Notes: a model not told the origin generated them from the letters alone. A DNA stretch of 64,000 bases from Escherichia coli (GCF_003334405.1 NZ_QOWM01000002.1); one strand, 5' to 3'. Shown: positions 10,703 through 25,144, counted from the stretch's first letter. Numbers and translations: made by a program.

Positions 10703-11553
10703 GGTTTACGTTTTTCCAGCGTACGATGGCGTGACTGGACGTTTTTACCGCGCGAGCGGAAGTAGTCTGCCAGTTGCTCTGCAATATACACCGAACGGTG
10801 CTTCCCGCCGGTACAACCAATGGCGACCGTCAAGTAGCTACGGTTGTTGGTTTCCAGCATAGGTAACCATAGCTCAAGATAGCTTCGCGTCTGGTAGATA
10901 AAATTGTGTACTTCTGTGTGGCGGTCGAGGAACGCGGCGACAGGTTTATCAAGACCTGTCATTGGACGCAGTTTCGGATCCCAGTGCGGGTTCGGCAAGA
11001 AGCGCACGTCAAAGACGTAATCTGCATCGATAGGGATACCGTGTTTGAAGCCGAAAGACTCAAAGACCATGGTCAGTTCGCGTTCACGTTTACCCAGCAG
11101 ACGGGTACGCAGCATTTCAGCCAGCTCGTGAACGGACATTTCTGAGGTATCGACAATCAGATCCGCTCGCGAACGCAGAGGCTCCAGCAAATCGCTTTCT
11201 TTGTCGATAGCACTTTCCAGCGACAGGTTTTTGCTGGAAAGCGGATGCAGTCGGCGCGTGTCACTGTAACGACGAATTAAGGTATTACGGTCGGCATCCA
11301 GGAACAGGAGTTGCGGTGAGAAAGCGTCAGGCAGGTTACTCATCGCCTGTTCGAATATTTCTGGTGACTCCGGCATATTACGAACATCAATGCTGACGGC
11401 GGCAGAAATCTCGCGATCGGCCAGGGTTCGAGCCAGATCGGGTAACAACACTACGGGAAGGTTATCCACGCAGTAAAAACCCATATCTTCCAGCGCACGC
11501 AGGGCGACAGATTTACCTGAACCTGAACGTCCGCTGACGATCATCAGTACCAT
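10699..11553 (-). CDS. rapZ: RNase adaptor protein RapZ
   Basis: 284 aa ORF with N-terminal Walker A (GRSGSGKS). Confidence 0.95.
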
Positions 11554-11598
11554 GTACTGTTTCTCCTCACAACGTCTAAAAGAGACATTACCGAATAA

Positions 11599-12090
11599 CT
11601 ACGCTTCATCCGGAGTACCTTCGGTATCCGTAATGATTTGATACAGCTCTTCATCGCTCTGGGCTGCGCGTAAACGGCGGCAGATGGTTTTGTCCGCCAG
11701 ACGTTTCGCCACCAGCGACAGAGTATGCAGGTGCGTTTTAGTTTGGTCTGCCGGCACCAGCAGGGCAAAAAGTAAGTCCACCGGTTGGTTGTCGATGGCA
11801 TCGAAAGCTATAGGCGTTTCGAGCTGAACGAAAACGCCAACGGCGCGCAGAGTATCTTCTTCCAGTTTGCCATGCGGAATGGCAATACCATTGCCGATAC
11901 CGGTACTGCCCATTTTTTCCCGCGTCAGGATAGCTTCAAAAACCACCTGAGGCGGCAGGCTAAGTTGTTTCGCCGCCAGCTCGCTGATGATTTCCAGGGC
12001 GCGTTTTTTGCTCTGACAGTGGACGCGGCTTCGCGTACATTCCCTGTTAAGAACACTGCTAAGCTGTAGAGTTGTATCATTATTTGTCAT
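11599..12090 (-). CDS. ptsN: nitrogen PTS enzyme IIA (EIIA-Ntr)
   Basis: Track ORF 11599..12114; start at MTNNDTTLQL gives 163 aa. Confidence 0.93.
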   Translation of the reverse strand: MTNNDTTLQLSSVLNRECTRSRVHCQSKKRALEIISELAAKQLSLPPQVVFEAILTREKMGSTGIGNGIAIPHGKLEEDTLRAVGVFVQLETPIAFDAIDNQPVDLLFALLVPADQTKTHLHTLSLVAKRLADKTICRRLRAAQSDEELYQIITDTEGTPDEA

Positions 12091-12207
12091 AATTTCACCT
12101 AAGAACCTGCCCACTCAAACAGTGGAACAGGCTCGGAGCATTAACCGTACAAATGGCCCGTTGTGCCGCACAACAGACCGCCATGCACATGCTAATTGCC
12201 CGGACAA

Positions 12208-12495
12208 TTAGTGTTGTTTCAGTTTATCTTTATGTTTGGTCAACTGGCGTGCCAGCTTATCAATTAAGCCATCAATGGCAGCGTACATGTCCTGACCTTC
12301 CGCGCTGGCATGAATTTCACCACCGTTTACATGCAGTGTTGCATCTGAGGTGTGGGTGACTTTCTCCACTTTCAGAACAACATAGACCTGGTTGATTCGG
12401 TCAAAATATTGCTCAAGTTTGGCAAATTTGGCTGTAACAAATTCGCGCAGTGCCTCGGTGATCTCGACGTTATTTCCGGTAATGTTGAGCTGCAT
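12208..12495 (-). CDS. hpf: ribosome hibernation promoting factor
   Basis: Track ORF 12208..12579; start at MQLNITGNNVEIT gives 95 aa. Confidence 0.93.
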   Translation of the reverse strand: MQLNITGNNVEITEALREFVTAKFAKLEQYFDRINQVYVVLKVEKVTHTSDATLHVNGGEIHASAEGQDMYAAIDGLIDKLARQLTKHKDKLKQH

Positions 12496-12517
12496 AGTGT
12501 CTTCCTTATCGGTTGGG

Positions 12518-13951
12518 TCAAACGAGTTGTTTACGCTGGTTTGACGGCGGAATGGATAAAGACTCTCGGTACTTCGCAACAGTGCGGCGTGCCACCATGA
12601 TACCTTGTTCCGACAGCAAAGAGGTTAACTTGCTGTCGCTCAACGGTTTCGCTGGGTTTTCCGCCGCGATTAATTTCTTCACCAGCGCACGAATCGCCGT
12701 GGAGGAAGCTTCGCCGCCGCCCTCGGTATTGACGTGACTGGAAAAGAAATACTTCAGTTCAAAAATGCCTCGTGGACTATGCAGGTATTTTTGCGTGGTC
12801 ACGCGAGATATCGTCGATTCATGCATTTCGACAGCCTGGGCGATATCGGCCAGTACCATCGGTTTCATATATTCTTCACCTTGCTCAAAGAAGGCTTGCT
12901 GCTGTTCAACGATACAGCGACTCACGCGCAGTAGCGTATCGTTACGGCTTTCCAGACTCTTGATCAACCATTTGGCATCCTGCAGATTGCTGCGGATAAA
13001 CTGGCTGTCACCATCGTTGCGCGCGTTATTGCACATCGAGGCGTAGTGCTGGTTGATTTGCAGACGCGGAATGCTGTCACTGTTGAGTTCTACCGTCCAG
13101 TGACCGTTATGCTTACGCACCAGCACATCTGGAATGACATACTCAGGTTCGCCAGTCTGGATCGACTGCCCGGGGCGCGGATCGAGCGACTGGATCAGAT
13201 TGACGGCTTCTTTCAGCACATCTTCTTTCAGACGCGTGACGCGCATTAAAGTGCGGAAGTCGTGATTGGCTAACAGATCGAGATGATCGCTAATGATCAG
13301 TCTGGCCTCTTCCAGCCACGGCGTGGTCTTATCGAATTGGGAGAGTTGGATCAGCAGACAGTCACGCAGATCTTTTGCCGCCACACCGACCGGATCAAAC
13401 CGTTGGATCCGCTTAAGGACGGCTTCAACTTCGTCGATGTCGATCTCTTCATCGCCTATACTTTCGAGAATATCTTCCAGCGGGACAGTCAGATAACCGG
13501 TTTCATCAACGGCATCGACGATAGAGGTAGCAATAGCGCGGTCAGTGTCGGAAAACGGTGTCAGCTCAACCTGCCACATCAGGTAATCCTGCAAGGTCTG
13601 CGTCGTTTCGCCCTGGTAGACCGGCAGCTCGTCGTCAATGTAGTCACCGCTGGTGCCGGATGGTGTACCAGCGGTGTAAATGGTGTCCCAACTGGCATCG
13701 AGCGGCAGCTCTTCCGGCATCTCTTTTTGTTCGAGCGCGTCGGCGGTGTCCAGCGTTTCACTGTCTTGCGTTTCGCGGGTGTCGATTTCTTCATGAGTGT
13801 CGATTTGCTCAAGCAGCGGATTACTCTCCAGCGCCTGCTGTAGCTCCTGCTGAAGTTCCAGCGTCGACAACTGCAACAGACGAATTGCCTGTTGGAGCTG
13901 TGGCGTCATCGCCAGTTGTTGGCTAAGCCTGAGTTGCAAACCTTGCTTCAT
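12518..13951 (-). CDS. rpoN: RNA polymerase sigma-54 factor
   Basis: 477 aa ORF; Gln-rich N-terminus, acidic region, C-terminal RpoN box ([10 protein letters not shown]). Confidence 0.97.
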   Translation of the reverse strand: MKQGLQLRLSQQLAMTPQLQQAIRLLQLSTLELQQELQQALESNPLLEQIDTHEEIDTRETQDSETLDTADALEQKEMPEELPLDASWDTIYTAGTPSGTSGDYIDDELPVYQGETTQTLQDYLMWQVELTPFSDTDRAIATSIVDAVDETGYLTVPLEDILESIGDEEIDIDEVEAVLKRIQRFDPVGVAAKDLRDCLLIQLSQFDKTTPWLEEARLIISDHLDLLANHDFRTLMRVTRLKEDVLKEAVNLIQSLDPRPGQSIQTGEPEYVIPDVLVRKHNGHWTVELNSDSIPRLQINQHYASMCNNARNDGDSQFIRSNLQDAKWLIKSLESRNDTLLRVSRCIVEQQQAFFEQGEEYMKPMVLADIAQAVEMHESTISRVTTQKYLHSPRGIFELKYFFSSHVNTEGGGEASSTAIRALVKKLIAAENPAKPLSDSKLTSLLSEQGIMVARRTVAKYRESLSIPPSNQRKQLV

Positions 13952-13998
13952 GTTCAGAATCGTACTCTCCTGCTAAAACGTCGCAAACTTCTACCCTA

Positions 13999-14724
13999 TC
14001 AGAGTCTGAAGTCTTCCCCAAGGTATACACGCTTAACGTGTTCGTCTTGTAAGATTTCTGTAGGCGTGCCGTGGGCGATCAAATGCCCCTGACTGACGAT
14101 ATAAGCGCGTTCACAAACCGCCAGTGTTTCACGCACGTTGTGGTCAGTGATCAGCACGCCCAGGCCGCTGTCGCGCAGGTGCTCAATGATGCGTTTAATG
14201 TCGATAACCGAGATCGGGTCAACCCCGGCAAACGGTTCGTCGAGCAGAATAAATTTCGGATTCGCAGCCAGTGCGCGGGCAATTTCTACACGGCGACGTT
14301 CACCCCCGGAGAGTGACTGCCCCATGCTGTCACGCAGGTGCTCAATGTGAAACTCTTCCATCAGCTCGTTCGCGCGGTCTTCACGTTGTTCAGCAGACAA
14401 GTCGTCACGAATTTGCAGTACCGCCATCAGGTTATCGTAAACGCTGAGGCGACGGAAAATGGAGGCTTCCTGTGGCAGATAGCCGATACCGCGGCGCGCG
14501 CGTGCATGCAGAGGCAGCAGACTGATATCGTCATCATCAATAATGATGTTGCCCGCATCGCGCGGCACAATGCCTACAACCATGTAGAAAGTGGTGGTCT
14601 TACCGGCACCGTTTGGCCCCAGCAGACCGACAATTTCCCCGGAGTTGACGGTCAGGCTGACGTCTTCTACCACGCGACGGCCTTTATAGGCTTTTGCAAG
14701 GTTCTTTGCAGTTAATGTTGCCAT
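13999..14724 (-). CDS. lptB: LPS export ABC transporter ATP-binding protein LptB
   Basis: 241 aa ORF; Walker [13 protein letters not shown] signature LSGGERRR. Confidence 0.97.
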
Positions 14725-14730
14725 AACGAA

Positions 14731-15288
14731 TTAATTACCCTTCTTCTGTGCCGGGGTCTGGCCTTTGTTGTTTTTGTCCTGCAGCTGCGACGGCACCAGA
14801 ACGGTTGTTACGCGCTTGCCTTTGTCGCTGAAAGCCTGCATTTTCTGCTCTTTCACCAGGTAAGTGATCTTATCGCCCTTAATGTTGCTATCGACCTGCT
14901 GCAGATAAGCATTACCCGTCAGAACGACAAAATCTTTTGCCAGTTCGTAGTGCATCTGGGAAGCGTGACCTTCAACGGGTTTACCGTTGTCCTGCATCTG
15001 GTAGAACGTTGCCGGTTTACCGTAGCCGTCAATCACTTCTTTACCTTGTTCGCCGCCCGGACGGGTAACGACCACTTTGTCGGCATTAATTTTGATGGTG
15101 CCCTGGGTGACGATGACATTACCGGTAAAGGTAACCACGTTGCCTTGCATATCAAGAGATTGCTGGTCCGATTCAATGTGGATCGGCTGATCAGTGTCTC
15201 CGGTTACGGCAAATGCCGGAATGCTGGCGGCCAGAAGTGAGCTGGCAAGCACAAGATTAAGGCTGAGTTTGTTTGTTTTGAATTTCAT
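14731..15288 (-). CDS. lptA: periplasmic LPS transport protein LptA
   Basis: Track ORF 14731..15309; start at MKFKTNKLSLNLV (signal peptide) gives 185 aa. Confidence 0.93.
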   Translation of the reverse strand: MKFKTNKLSLNLVLASSLLAASIPAFAVTGDTDQPIHIESDQQSLDMQGNVVTFTGNVIVTQGTIKINADKVVVTRPGGEQGKEVIDGYGKPATFYQMQDNGKPVEGHASQMHYELAKDFVVLTGNAYLQQVDSNIKGDKITYLVKEQKMQAFSDKGKRVTTVLVPSQLQDKNNKGQTPAQKKGN

Positions 15289-15832
15289 AGGATGTTCTAA
15301 CCTTTTCAATCAGCTCGGCGTTCTTGCTGCGTAAGTTGCCGCGCATTTTCAGACCGCTGGAGTTAAATGTTGTTCCGTATAACGTGACGAGGTCTTCAGA
15401 GGTAACATCCTGCGTCACCAGATTGATCTGCGCGTTATCCGTCGTGATTCTGCGAAGTTGAGAGTCTGGCACAAGTGCGTTGACTTCAACGTGTCCATAT
15501 AAATAGAGCATCCGGTCATTGGTCAGCTTGGCTTTATCTGCTTTTACGGACCATGTCGGGATTTTATCCTTATCAAACGTGGTAAGTACCGGCTGCGTAA
15601 ACCACGAAACGGCCTGATCGGAATAATATTCAACGTGTTGAGCAATCAATCGATAGCTTAGTGCCCCTTCTGGGTTATAGACGAGCGTGTCCGTATGCTC
15701 GCTTTTATAGGTGGGATCATTGTTGTTGACGACCACCTGGGCGGTATCGTCTTTTTCGGCCATATTAATGCCGATCATCACCAGAACCGCCAGTGATAAC
15801 ACAATGATAACCCAACGTCTGGCTTTACTCAT
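15257..15832 (-). CDS. lptC: inner-membrane LPS transport protein LptC
   Basis: 191 aa ORF with N-terminal TM anchor; 3' end overlaps lptA start by 32 nt. Confidence 0.95.
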   Translation of the reverse strand: MSKARRWVIIVLSLAVLVMIGINMAEKDDTAQVVVNNNDPTYKSEHTDTLVYNPEGALSYRLIAQHVEYYSDQAVSWFTQPVLTTFDKDKIPTWSVKADKAKLTNDRMLYLYGHVEVNALVPDSQLRRITTDNAQINLVTQDVTSEDLVTLYGTTFNSSGLKMRGNLRSKNAELIEKVRTSYEIQNKQTQP

Positions 15833-16395
15833 ATCGATTGCCCTTTGGCTTCATCCAGTTTGCCCTGCGCCAGGAGTAATAAGTCGCAAACTTCGCGCAC
15901 TGCGCCACGACCGCCAGCAATGCGCGTCACGTAATCGGCGCGCGGGATCAACAGTGGATGCGCATCGGCCACGGCGACGCTTAAACCCACTTTTTCCATT
16001 ACCGGCCAGTCGATGAGATCATCGCCGACATAAGCCACATTTTCCGGGGCAATCGCCAGTTTTTCCAGCAGATCGCTAAAGGCGATCAGTTTGTTTGACT
16101 GCCCCTGATACAAGTGAGTGATCCCCAATGTGGCACAACGATCTTCTACCAGTTTAGCCTTTCGCCCGGTAATGATAGCGACTTCAATATCAGAGGTGAG
16201 CGCACAACGAATGCCATAACCGTCACGAACATTGAACGCTTTCAGCTCTTCGCCATTATTGCCCATATAAATCAGGCCATCTGACAGTACGCCATCGACA
16301 TCGAGGATCAGCAGACGAATGTTCTCTGCTTTTGCTATAACGTCGGCGCTGACAGGGCCGTAACAGGTCGCAAGCGACGCACCTGCTTTGCTCAT
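15829..16395 (-). CDS. kdsC: 3-deoxy-D-manno-octulosonate 8-phosphate phosphatase
   Basis: 188 aa HAD-family ORF (LLILDVDGVLSDG); overlaps lptC start. Confidence 0.95.
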   Translation of the reverse strand: MSKAGASLATCYGPVSADVIAKAENIRLLILDVDGVLSDGLIYMGNNGEELKAFNVRDGYGIRCALTSDIEVAIITGRKAKLVEDRCATLGITHLYQGQSNKLIAFSDLLEKLAIAPENVAYVGDDLIDWPVMEKVGLSVAVADAHPLLIPRADYVTRIAGGRGAVREVCDLLLLAQGKLDEAKGQSI

Positions 16396-16415
16396 TGTTG
16401 TTTATCCTTGAATCT

Positions 16416-17402
16416 TTACACTACGCCTGCACGCAGTAAATCATGCATATGTAACACACCGAGTAAATGGTCGCCATCGGCAACCATCACGGAGGTGATA
16501 TGGCGGGACTGCATTAAGTTCAGTGCCTCAACGGCCAGAATGCCAGGGCGCACACGTATTCCCCCCGGCGTCATCACATCGGCAATACTTAACTGACGAA
16601 CATCCACGCCCATATCGAAGACACGGCGTAAATCACCGTCGGTAAAGATGCCTTCAATCATCATATTGTCATCGCAAATGACAGTCATACCAAGATTTTT
16701 GCGGGTAACTTCCAGCAACGCGTCACGCAGACTGGCCGTTTTCTTAACATGCGGGATCTCATCGCCCGTATGCATAATATCGTTTACGCGCAGCAGAAGT
16801 TTACGACCCAGTGCGCCGCCTGGGTGTGAGAGCGCAAAATCTTCAGCAGTAAAGCCGCGTGCTTTTAACAGCGCGACAGCGAGGGCATCGCCCATAACCA
16901 GCGTGGCGGTGGTGCTGCTGGTCGGTGCCAGCCCTAACGGACAGGCTTCTTTCGCTACTTTAACACACAGATGCACATCTGCGGCGCGCGCCATGCTGCT
17001 CTCCGGGCGACCGGTGATGCAGATTAACGGTACGTGAAGACGCTTAAGCACTGGAATTAAGGCCGTGATTTCGCTGGATTCACCAGAGTTAGAGATAGCA
17101 ATCACCACATCCTGTGGGGTAACCATGCCTAAATCACCATGCGCGGCTTCACCAGGATGGACGAAAAATGAAGGTGTACCGGTGCTGGCAAACGTTGCCG
17201 CCATTTTTCGCCCAATATGCCCCGATTTTCCCATCCCCATGACGACAACTTTCCCTTTACACCAGAACATCTTTTCACAGGCAAGCGTGAAATTCTGATT
17301 GATGTATTGATCAAGCTCCGCCAGGCATTCACGTTCAATCGCCAGGACTTCTTTACCTGCTTGCTGAAAGTCAAAACCCGGTTGTAACTCTACGTGCGAC
17401 AT
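16416..17402 (-). CDS. kdsD: D-arabinose 5-phosphate isomerase
   Basis: Track ORF 16416..17423; start at MSHVELQPGFD gives 328 aa; SIS plus tandem CBS domains. Confidence 0.93.
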   Translation of the reverse strand: MSHVELQPGFDFQQAGKEVLAIERECLAELDQYINQNFTLACEKMFWCKGKVVVMGMGKSGHIGRKMAATFASTGTPSFFVHPGEAAHGDLGMVTPQDVVIAISNSGESSEITALIPVLKRLHVPLICITGRPESSMARAADVHLCVKVAKEACPLGLAPTSSTTATLVMGDALAVALLKARGFTAEDFALSHPGGALGRKLLLRVNDIMHTGDEIPHVKKTASLRDALLEVTRKNLGMTVICDDNMMIEGIFTDGDLRRVFDMGVDVRQLSIADVMTPGGIRVRPGILAVEALNLMQSRHITSVMVADGDHLLGVLHMHDLLRAGVV

Positions 17403-17415
17403 AATGCGTTTCCAG

Positions 17416-18393
17416 TTATTCAACGAGTATTGGCGATAACCAGTACAACATCGCCAGCCATACGATAAATCCGCCAGTTAATAATACCCCTACACCACGG
17501 CCCGGTTGCGGGGAGCGCCGCCAGCACAGCAACGCAAAAATAATGCTCACCAGCAACATCACGCTGTAGTCACGACTGTACGCCAGTGGATCAATCTCTC
17601 CTGGCGTTATCAGCGCGGGTAAACCCAACACGATGACAATATTAAAAATGTTTGCGCCAATGATATTTCCGACAGCAATGTCGTTTTCACCTTTGCGAAC
17701 CCCCGCTATTGCGGTTGCCAGTTCCGGCAGGCTGGTTCCGATAGCAATTGCCGTCAGACCCATCGTCAACTCGCTGATGGCAAAGTAATTCGCCAGCACC
17801 GTGGCGTTATCAACCACCATCCGCGTGGCCACTGGCATGATGATAAGCGCAATGCCGAGCCATAAAAACGCGACGGGCAATCCGCCGTCACGCGGCAGCT
17901 CTGCAAGCTGCTCTCTGGTCAGGCTGTCAGTCCCCTGACGTTCAGCCTGACGTGCAAGTTTAACAATGAACAGCAGCCATAGCACAGCCAGAAAGAGGAG
18001 AAAGATACCATCGCTGCGACTAAGTTGTCCGTCATAGAGTACGGAACCGGCCACCACGCTGACCAACAACATTAAGGGTAATTCACGGCGTAGAACATCA
18101 GAATGGACGGTAAAAGGACGAACCAGCGCAGCCAGACCGAGGATCAGCAATATATTGATAATGTTTGAGCCGAGGGCTGTACCAACGGCTAAATCGCGTT
18201 GTTCGTGCAGAGACGCGGCAAGCGAGACGATGACTTCTGGTAACGATGTACCAATACTGACCACCGTCATGCCGATGATCAGCGGCGGGATGCCAAAGGT
18301 TCGGCAAAGAATAGACGCGGCAAAAACCAGGCGGTCGGCACTGTAAACGACCAAAAGTAAACCAACAATTAACAGTGCCGTAGCTAAAAGCAT
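17416..18393 (-). CDS. yrbG: Na+/Ca2+ exchanger family inner membrane protein YrbG
   Basis: 325 aa polytopic membrane ORF with duplicated GTSLPE motif. Confidence 0.93.
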   Translation of the reverse strand: MLLATALLIVGLLLVVYSADRLVFAASILCRTFGIPPLIIGMTVVSIGTSLPEVIVSLAASLHEQRDLAVGTALGSNIINILLILGLAALVRPFTVHSDVLRRELPLMLLVSVVAGSVLYDGQLSRSDGIFLLFLAVLWLLFIVKLARQAERQGTDSLTREQLAELPRDGGLPVAFLWLGIALIIMPVATRMVVDNATVLANYFAISELTMGLTAIAIGTSLPELATAIAGVRKGENDIAVGNIIGANIFNIVIVLGLPALITPGEIDPLAYSRDYSVMLLVSIIFALLCWRRSPQPGRGVGVLLTGGFIVWLAMLYWLSPILVE

Positions 18394-18602
18394 CTAACGT
18401 CCTTTCTTCAGGTATACTCGCCGGTCCGCTGAAGATTTTCAGAAAGCCGTAACGGATGCTTAATTTTGACTTTATGCGGCTAAAAAGTAAAACAAATGCC
18501 AGCTTTCGCTAACCACGGCGGGTAATATTCTGTAAATATGTTGGGTTCAAGGTTAAATTGAGCGCCATGCTTAGAAAATCAACGCAAGACGAAGGGTGAA
18601 TT

Positions 18603-20202
<1,600 letters not shown>

Positions 20203-20206
20203 GTTC

Positions 20207-20758
20207 ATGCAAACGAAAAAAAATGAAATTTGGGTGGGTATCTTTTTATTAGCAGCACTGCTGGCGGCGCTGTTTGTTTGCCTGAAGGCGGCGAACGTGA
20301 CGTCCATACGTACTGAACCGACCTACACGCTTTATGCGACGTTCGATAACATTGGCGGCCTGAAAGCGCGCTCTCCGGTCAGTATTGGTGGCGTTGTTGT
20401 GGGTCGGGTGGCGGATATTACGCTGGACCCGAAAACCTATCTGCCGCGCGTAACGCTGGAAATTGAACAACGTTATAACCACATTCCAGATACCAGTTCG
20501 CTGAGCATTCGTACTTCCGGCCTGCTGGGGGAACAATATCTGGCATTAAACGTCGGTTTTGAAGACCCGGAACTGGGGACTGCTATCCTGAAGGATGGCG
20601 ATACAATTCAGGACACTAAGTCTGCGATGGTGCTGGAAGATCTCATTGGTCAGTTCCTTTACGGTAGTAAAGGCGATGACAATAAGAATAGTGGCGATGC
20701 GCCAGCTGCTGCGCCAGGTAATAATGAAACCACTGAACCTGTGGGTACAACGAAATAA
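20207..20758 (+). CDS. mlaD: MCE-domain phospholipid-binding protein MlaD
   Basis: Track ORF 20192..20758; ATG at 20207 gives 183 aa MQTKKNEIWVG... Confidence 0.93.
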   Translation: MQTKKNEIWVGIFLLAALLAALFVCLKAANVTSIRTEPTYTLYATFDNIGGLKARSPVSIGGVVVGRVADITLDPKTYLPRVTLEIEQRYNHIPDTSSLSIRTSGLLGEQYLALNVGFEDPELGTAILKDGDTIQDTKSAMVLEDLIGQFLYGSKGDDNKNSGDAPAAAPGNNETTEPVGTTK

Positions 20759-21411
<653 letters not shown>

Positions 21412-21412
<1 letters not shown>

Positions 21413-21705
21413 TGAGCGAGTCACTGAGCTGGATGCAGACGGGTGACACGCTGGCGTTATCCGGAGAGCTGGATCAGGACGTTTTGCTACCGCTTTGGGA
21501 AATGCGTGAGGAAGCGGTGAAGGGGATTACCTGCATCGATCTTAGCCGTGTCTCCCGCGTGGATACGGGGGGACTGGCACTGCTGCTCCATCTTATCGAT
21601 CTGGCGAAAAAGCAGGGCAACAATGTGACGCTTCAGGGGGTAAACGACAAAGTGTATACCCTGGCGAAATTGTATAATTTGCCTGCTGATGTTCTGCCTC
21701 GTTAA
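21412..21705 (+). CDS. mlaB: STAS-domain protein MlaB
   Basis: Track ORF 21316..21705; ATG at 21412 gives 97 aa MSESLSWMQTGD...; 1-nt overlap with mlaC stop. Confidence 0.9.
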
Positions 21706-21864
21706 ATTTTTTCAGGCCGGATATGGCGTTAACCGCCTGTCCGGCAAACCTGCCTGCAAGTCGAGCCTTGTCTGATTTATCAGCGAGGCTTTTTGCTTAT
21801 TTATGCCAGCGCAACTTTGCTCTAAGATGTTTCGCTGGTTTATTAACTGATGATTGAAGATCCC

Positions 21865-22119
21865 ATGGAAAATAATGAAATTCAGAGCGTGTTGATGAAC
21901 GCTCTCTCCCTCCAGGAAGTCCACGTTTCCGGCGATGGCAGCCACTTTCAGGTTATTGCCGTGGGTGAGTTGTTTGACGGCATGAGTCGGGTTAAAAAAC
22001 AGCAGACGGTCTATGGTCCGCTGATGGAATATATTGCGGATAACCGCATTCATGCTGTGTCGATCAAAGCGTATACCCCTGCGGAGTGGGCGCGCGATCG
22101 CAAACTGAACGGCTTTTGA
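21865..22119 (+). CDS. ibaG: BolA-family acid stress protein IbaG
   Basis: Track ORF 21850..22119; ATG at 21865 gives 84 aa [15 protein letters not shown]... Confidence 0.9.
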
Positions 22120-22173
22120 GCTATGGGCGATTCGCCGGTAGCGGATATGAATTGTTAACTGAGAACAAACTAA

Positions 22174-23433
<1,260 letters not shown>

Positions 23434-23449
23434 TCGTCTGAGAGCTGGC

Positions 23450-23467
23450 AGCCCCGTTCGCGGGGCT
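23450..23467. terminator. GC-rich hairpin between convergent murA and sfsB (candidate bidirectional terminator)
   Basis: AGCCCCG-TTCG-CGGGGCT perfect 7-bp stem; no adjacent U-tract on either strand, so function uncertain. Confidence 0.35.
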
Positions 23468-23480
23468 ACCGCCAGACCAC

Positions 23481-23759
23481 TCATTTTTTCGGTTTAGTGT
23501 AGCTACGCATCAACTGCGTTCTGTCGATAAACTCATGGGTCTGCGGATCATGGTAGCGTGATGGCCAGATAACCCAGGGGTCAGTTCCCAGGGCTTTCGC
23601 AATAATCATCTCTCCTTTCGGCCATGGGCGCGATAATGCATTCGCCAGCGTTGAGGAACTCAAACCATTTCTGCGAGATTCCGCCGCCATTGACGTTCCC
23701 TTCTTGCGCAAACCCGCAATGATGTCAGCGGGATGCCAGTCAATGAAATTACTTTCCAT
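23481..23759 (-). CDS. sfsB: Ner-like DNA-binding protein SfsB (Nlp)
   Basis: 92 aa ORF MESNFIDWHPADIIAGLRKKGTSMAAESRRNGLSSSTL... Confidence 0.93.
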   Translation of the reverse strand: MESNFIDWHPADIIAGLRKKGTSMAAESRRNGLSSSTLANALSRPWPKGEMIIAKALGTDPWVIWPSRYHDPQTHEFIDRTQLMRSYTKPKK

Positions 23760-23956
23760 TTTTCCTCACTCCTTAAGTTAGTCGCTTTCATTCAGAACAC
23801 TTCTTCTGTCGAGCATCACTATACTCCTGATGGCCTATTGCTCTAAAAAGTTCCTGTAAAGAGTGTGAATATTCAGAATATATAAAGATGCACATCCCTA
23901 TTTTTCAGGTGTTATAGAGCTGAATAAGTGTTTTTATGGAACTTACTGGAACCATC

Positions 23957-23979
23957 CCGCGCGCTGCGCGGGATGAGGG
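23957..23979 (-). terminator. palindromic GC hairpin just downstream of ispB stop
   Basis: ATCCCGCGCGCTGCGCGGGAT-like inverted repeat immediately 3' of ispB; no clean U-tract. Confidence 0.3.
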
Positions 23980-23986
23980 GAGGGGA

Positions 23987-24958
23987 TTAACGATCGCGTT
24001 GAACAGCGATGTGCGCGAGGCCGATGAGTGCTTCTCGCCAAGGGGTGTCCGGGAGCACCTGTAACGCTGCGATGGCTTTGTCTGCTTCTTCCTCGGCACG
24101 CTGACGCGTCCATTCAAGAGATCCACAAGCGTTCATTGCTTCCAGAACCGGTTCCAGAAGATGGCGACCGTTACCCTGTTCGATGGCGGTACGGATCATC
24201 TGTGCCTGTTCTGGTGTGCCATGATGCATCGCATGCAGCAGCGGCAGCGTCGGTTTACCTTCGTTCAGATCGTCGCCGACATTTTTACCTAACTGTTCGC
24301 CATCGGCATTGTAATCGAGTAAATCGTCGATCAACTGGAAAGCAGTGCCGAGATAGCGCCCATAATCCTGCAGGCCTTTCTCCTCCTCCGGCGTACAGCC
24401 AGCCAGAATCCCGGAACACTGCGCGGCAGCCTCAAACAGACGCGCGGTTTTGCTATAGATAACGCGCATGTAGTTTTCTTCAGTGATGTCCGGATCGTTA
24501 ACGTTCATCAGTTGCAGAACTTCACCTTCTGCGATGACGTTTACGGCTTCTGACATGACTTCCAGCACTTTGAGCGAACCGAGGCTGGTCATCATCTGGA
24601 AAGCGCGGGTATAAATAAAATCGCCTACCAGCACGCTGGCGGCATTGCCAAATGCGGCGTTGGCGGTAGCTTTACCCCTGCGCATATCTGATTCATCCAC
24701 AACGTCGTCGTGTAGCAGAGTCGCCGTGTGGATAAACTCGATCAGGGCAGCAATGGTGACATGCGCATTTCCCTCATAGCCAACAGCTCGTGCAGCCAGT
24801 ACAGCAATCATCGGACGAATACGTTTACCGCCGCCGCTGACGATGTAATAGCCTAACTGATTGATCAGTTGGACGTCGGAATTAAGCTGCTCAAGGATTG
24901 CCGCATTAACACCCGCCATATCTTGCGCGGTTAACTCATTGATTTTTTCTAAATTCAT
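23987..24958 (-). CDS. ispB: octaprenyl diphosphate synthase
   Basis: 323 aa ORF with polyprenyl synthase DDxxD motifs (LLHDDVVDESD, QLIDDLLDY). Confidence 0.96.
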   Translation of the reverse strand: MNLEKINELTAQDMAGVNAAILEQLNSDVQLINQLGYYIVSGGGKRIRPMIAVLAARAVGYEGNAHVTIAALIEFIHTATLLHDDVVDESDMRRGKATANAAFGNAASVLVGDFIYTRAFQMMTSLGSLKVLEVMSEAVNVIAEGEVLQLMNVNDPDITEENYMRVIYSKTARLFEAAAQCSGILAGCTPEEEKGLQDYGRYLGTAFQLIDDLLDYNADGEQLGKNVGDDLNEGKPTLPLLHAMHHGTPEQAQMIRTAIEQGNGRHLLEPVLEAMNACGSLEWTRQRAEEEADKAIAALQVLPDTPWREALIGLAHIAVQRDR

Positions 24959-25115
24959 CGCAAAAGCCGGGCTTTTCGCCCCGATTACCTTACTGTGAAC
25001 AAAGGCAACTTAGGGTTTATGGTTAGGAATATAGGGTGATTGTACTGAAAAAATGGCACAGATAAACGTTACCGTACAAGTTGTGTTTTTTTTCTTCGTG
25101 TATTGACTGTAGCAC

Positions 25116-25144
25116 TTGTCAAAGGCGTGCGTTTTGCGTAATAT
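25116..25144 (+). promoter_or_regulatory. sigma-70-like promoter upstream of rplU
   Basis: TTGTCA, 17-nt spacer, TAATAT, about 70 bp upstream of the rplU ATG. Motif match only. Confidence 0.4.
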
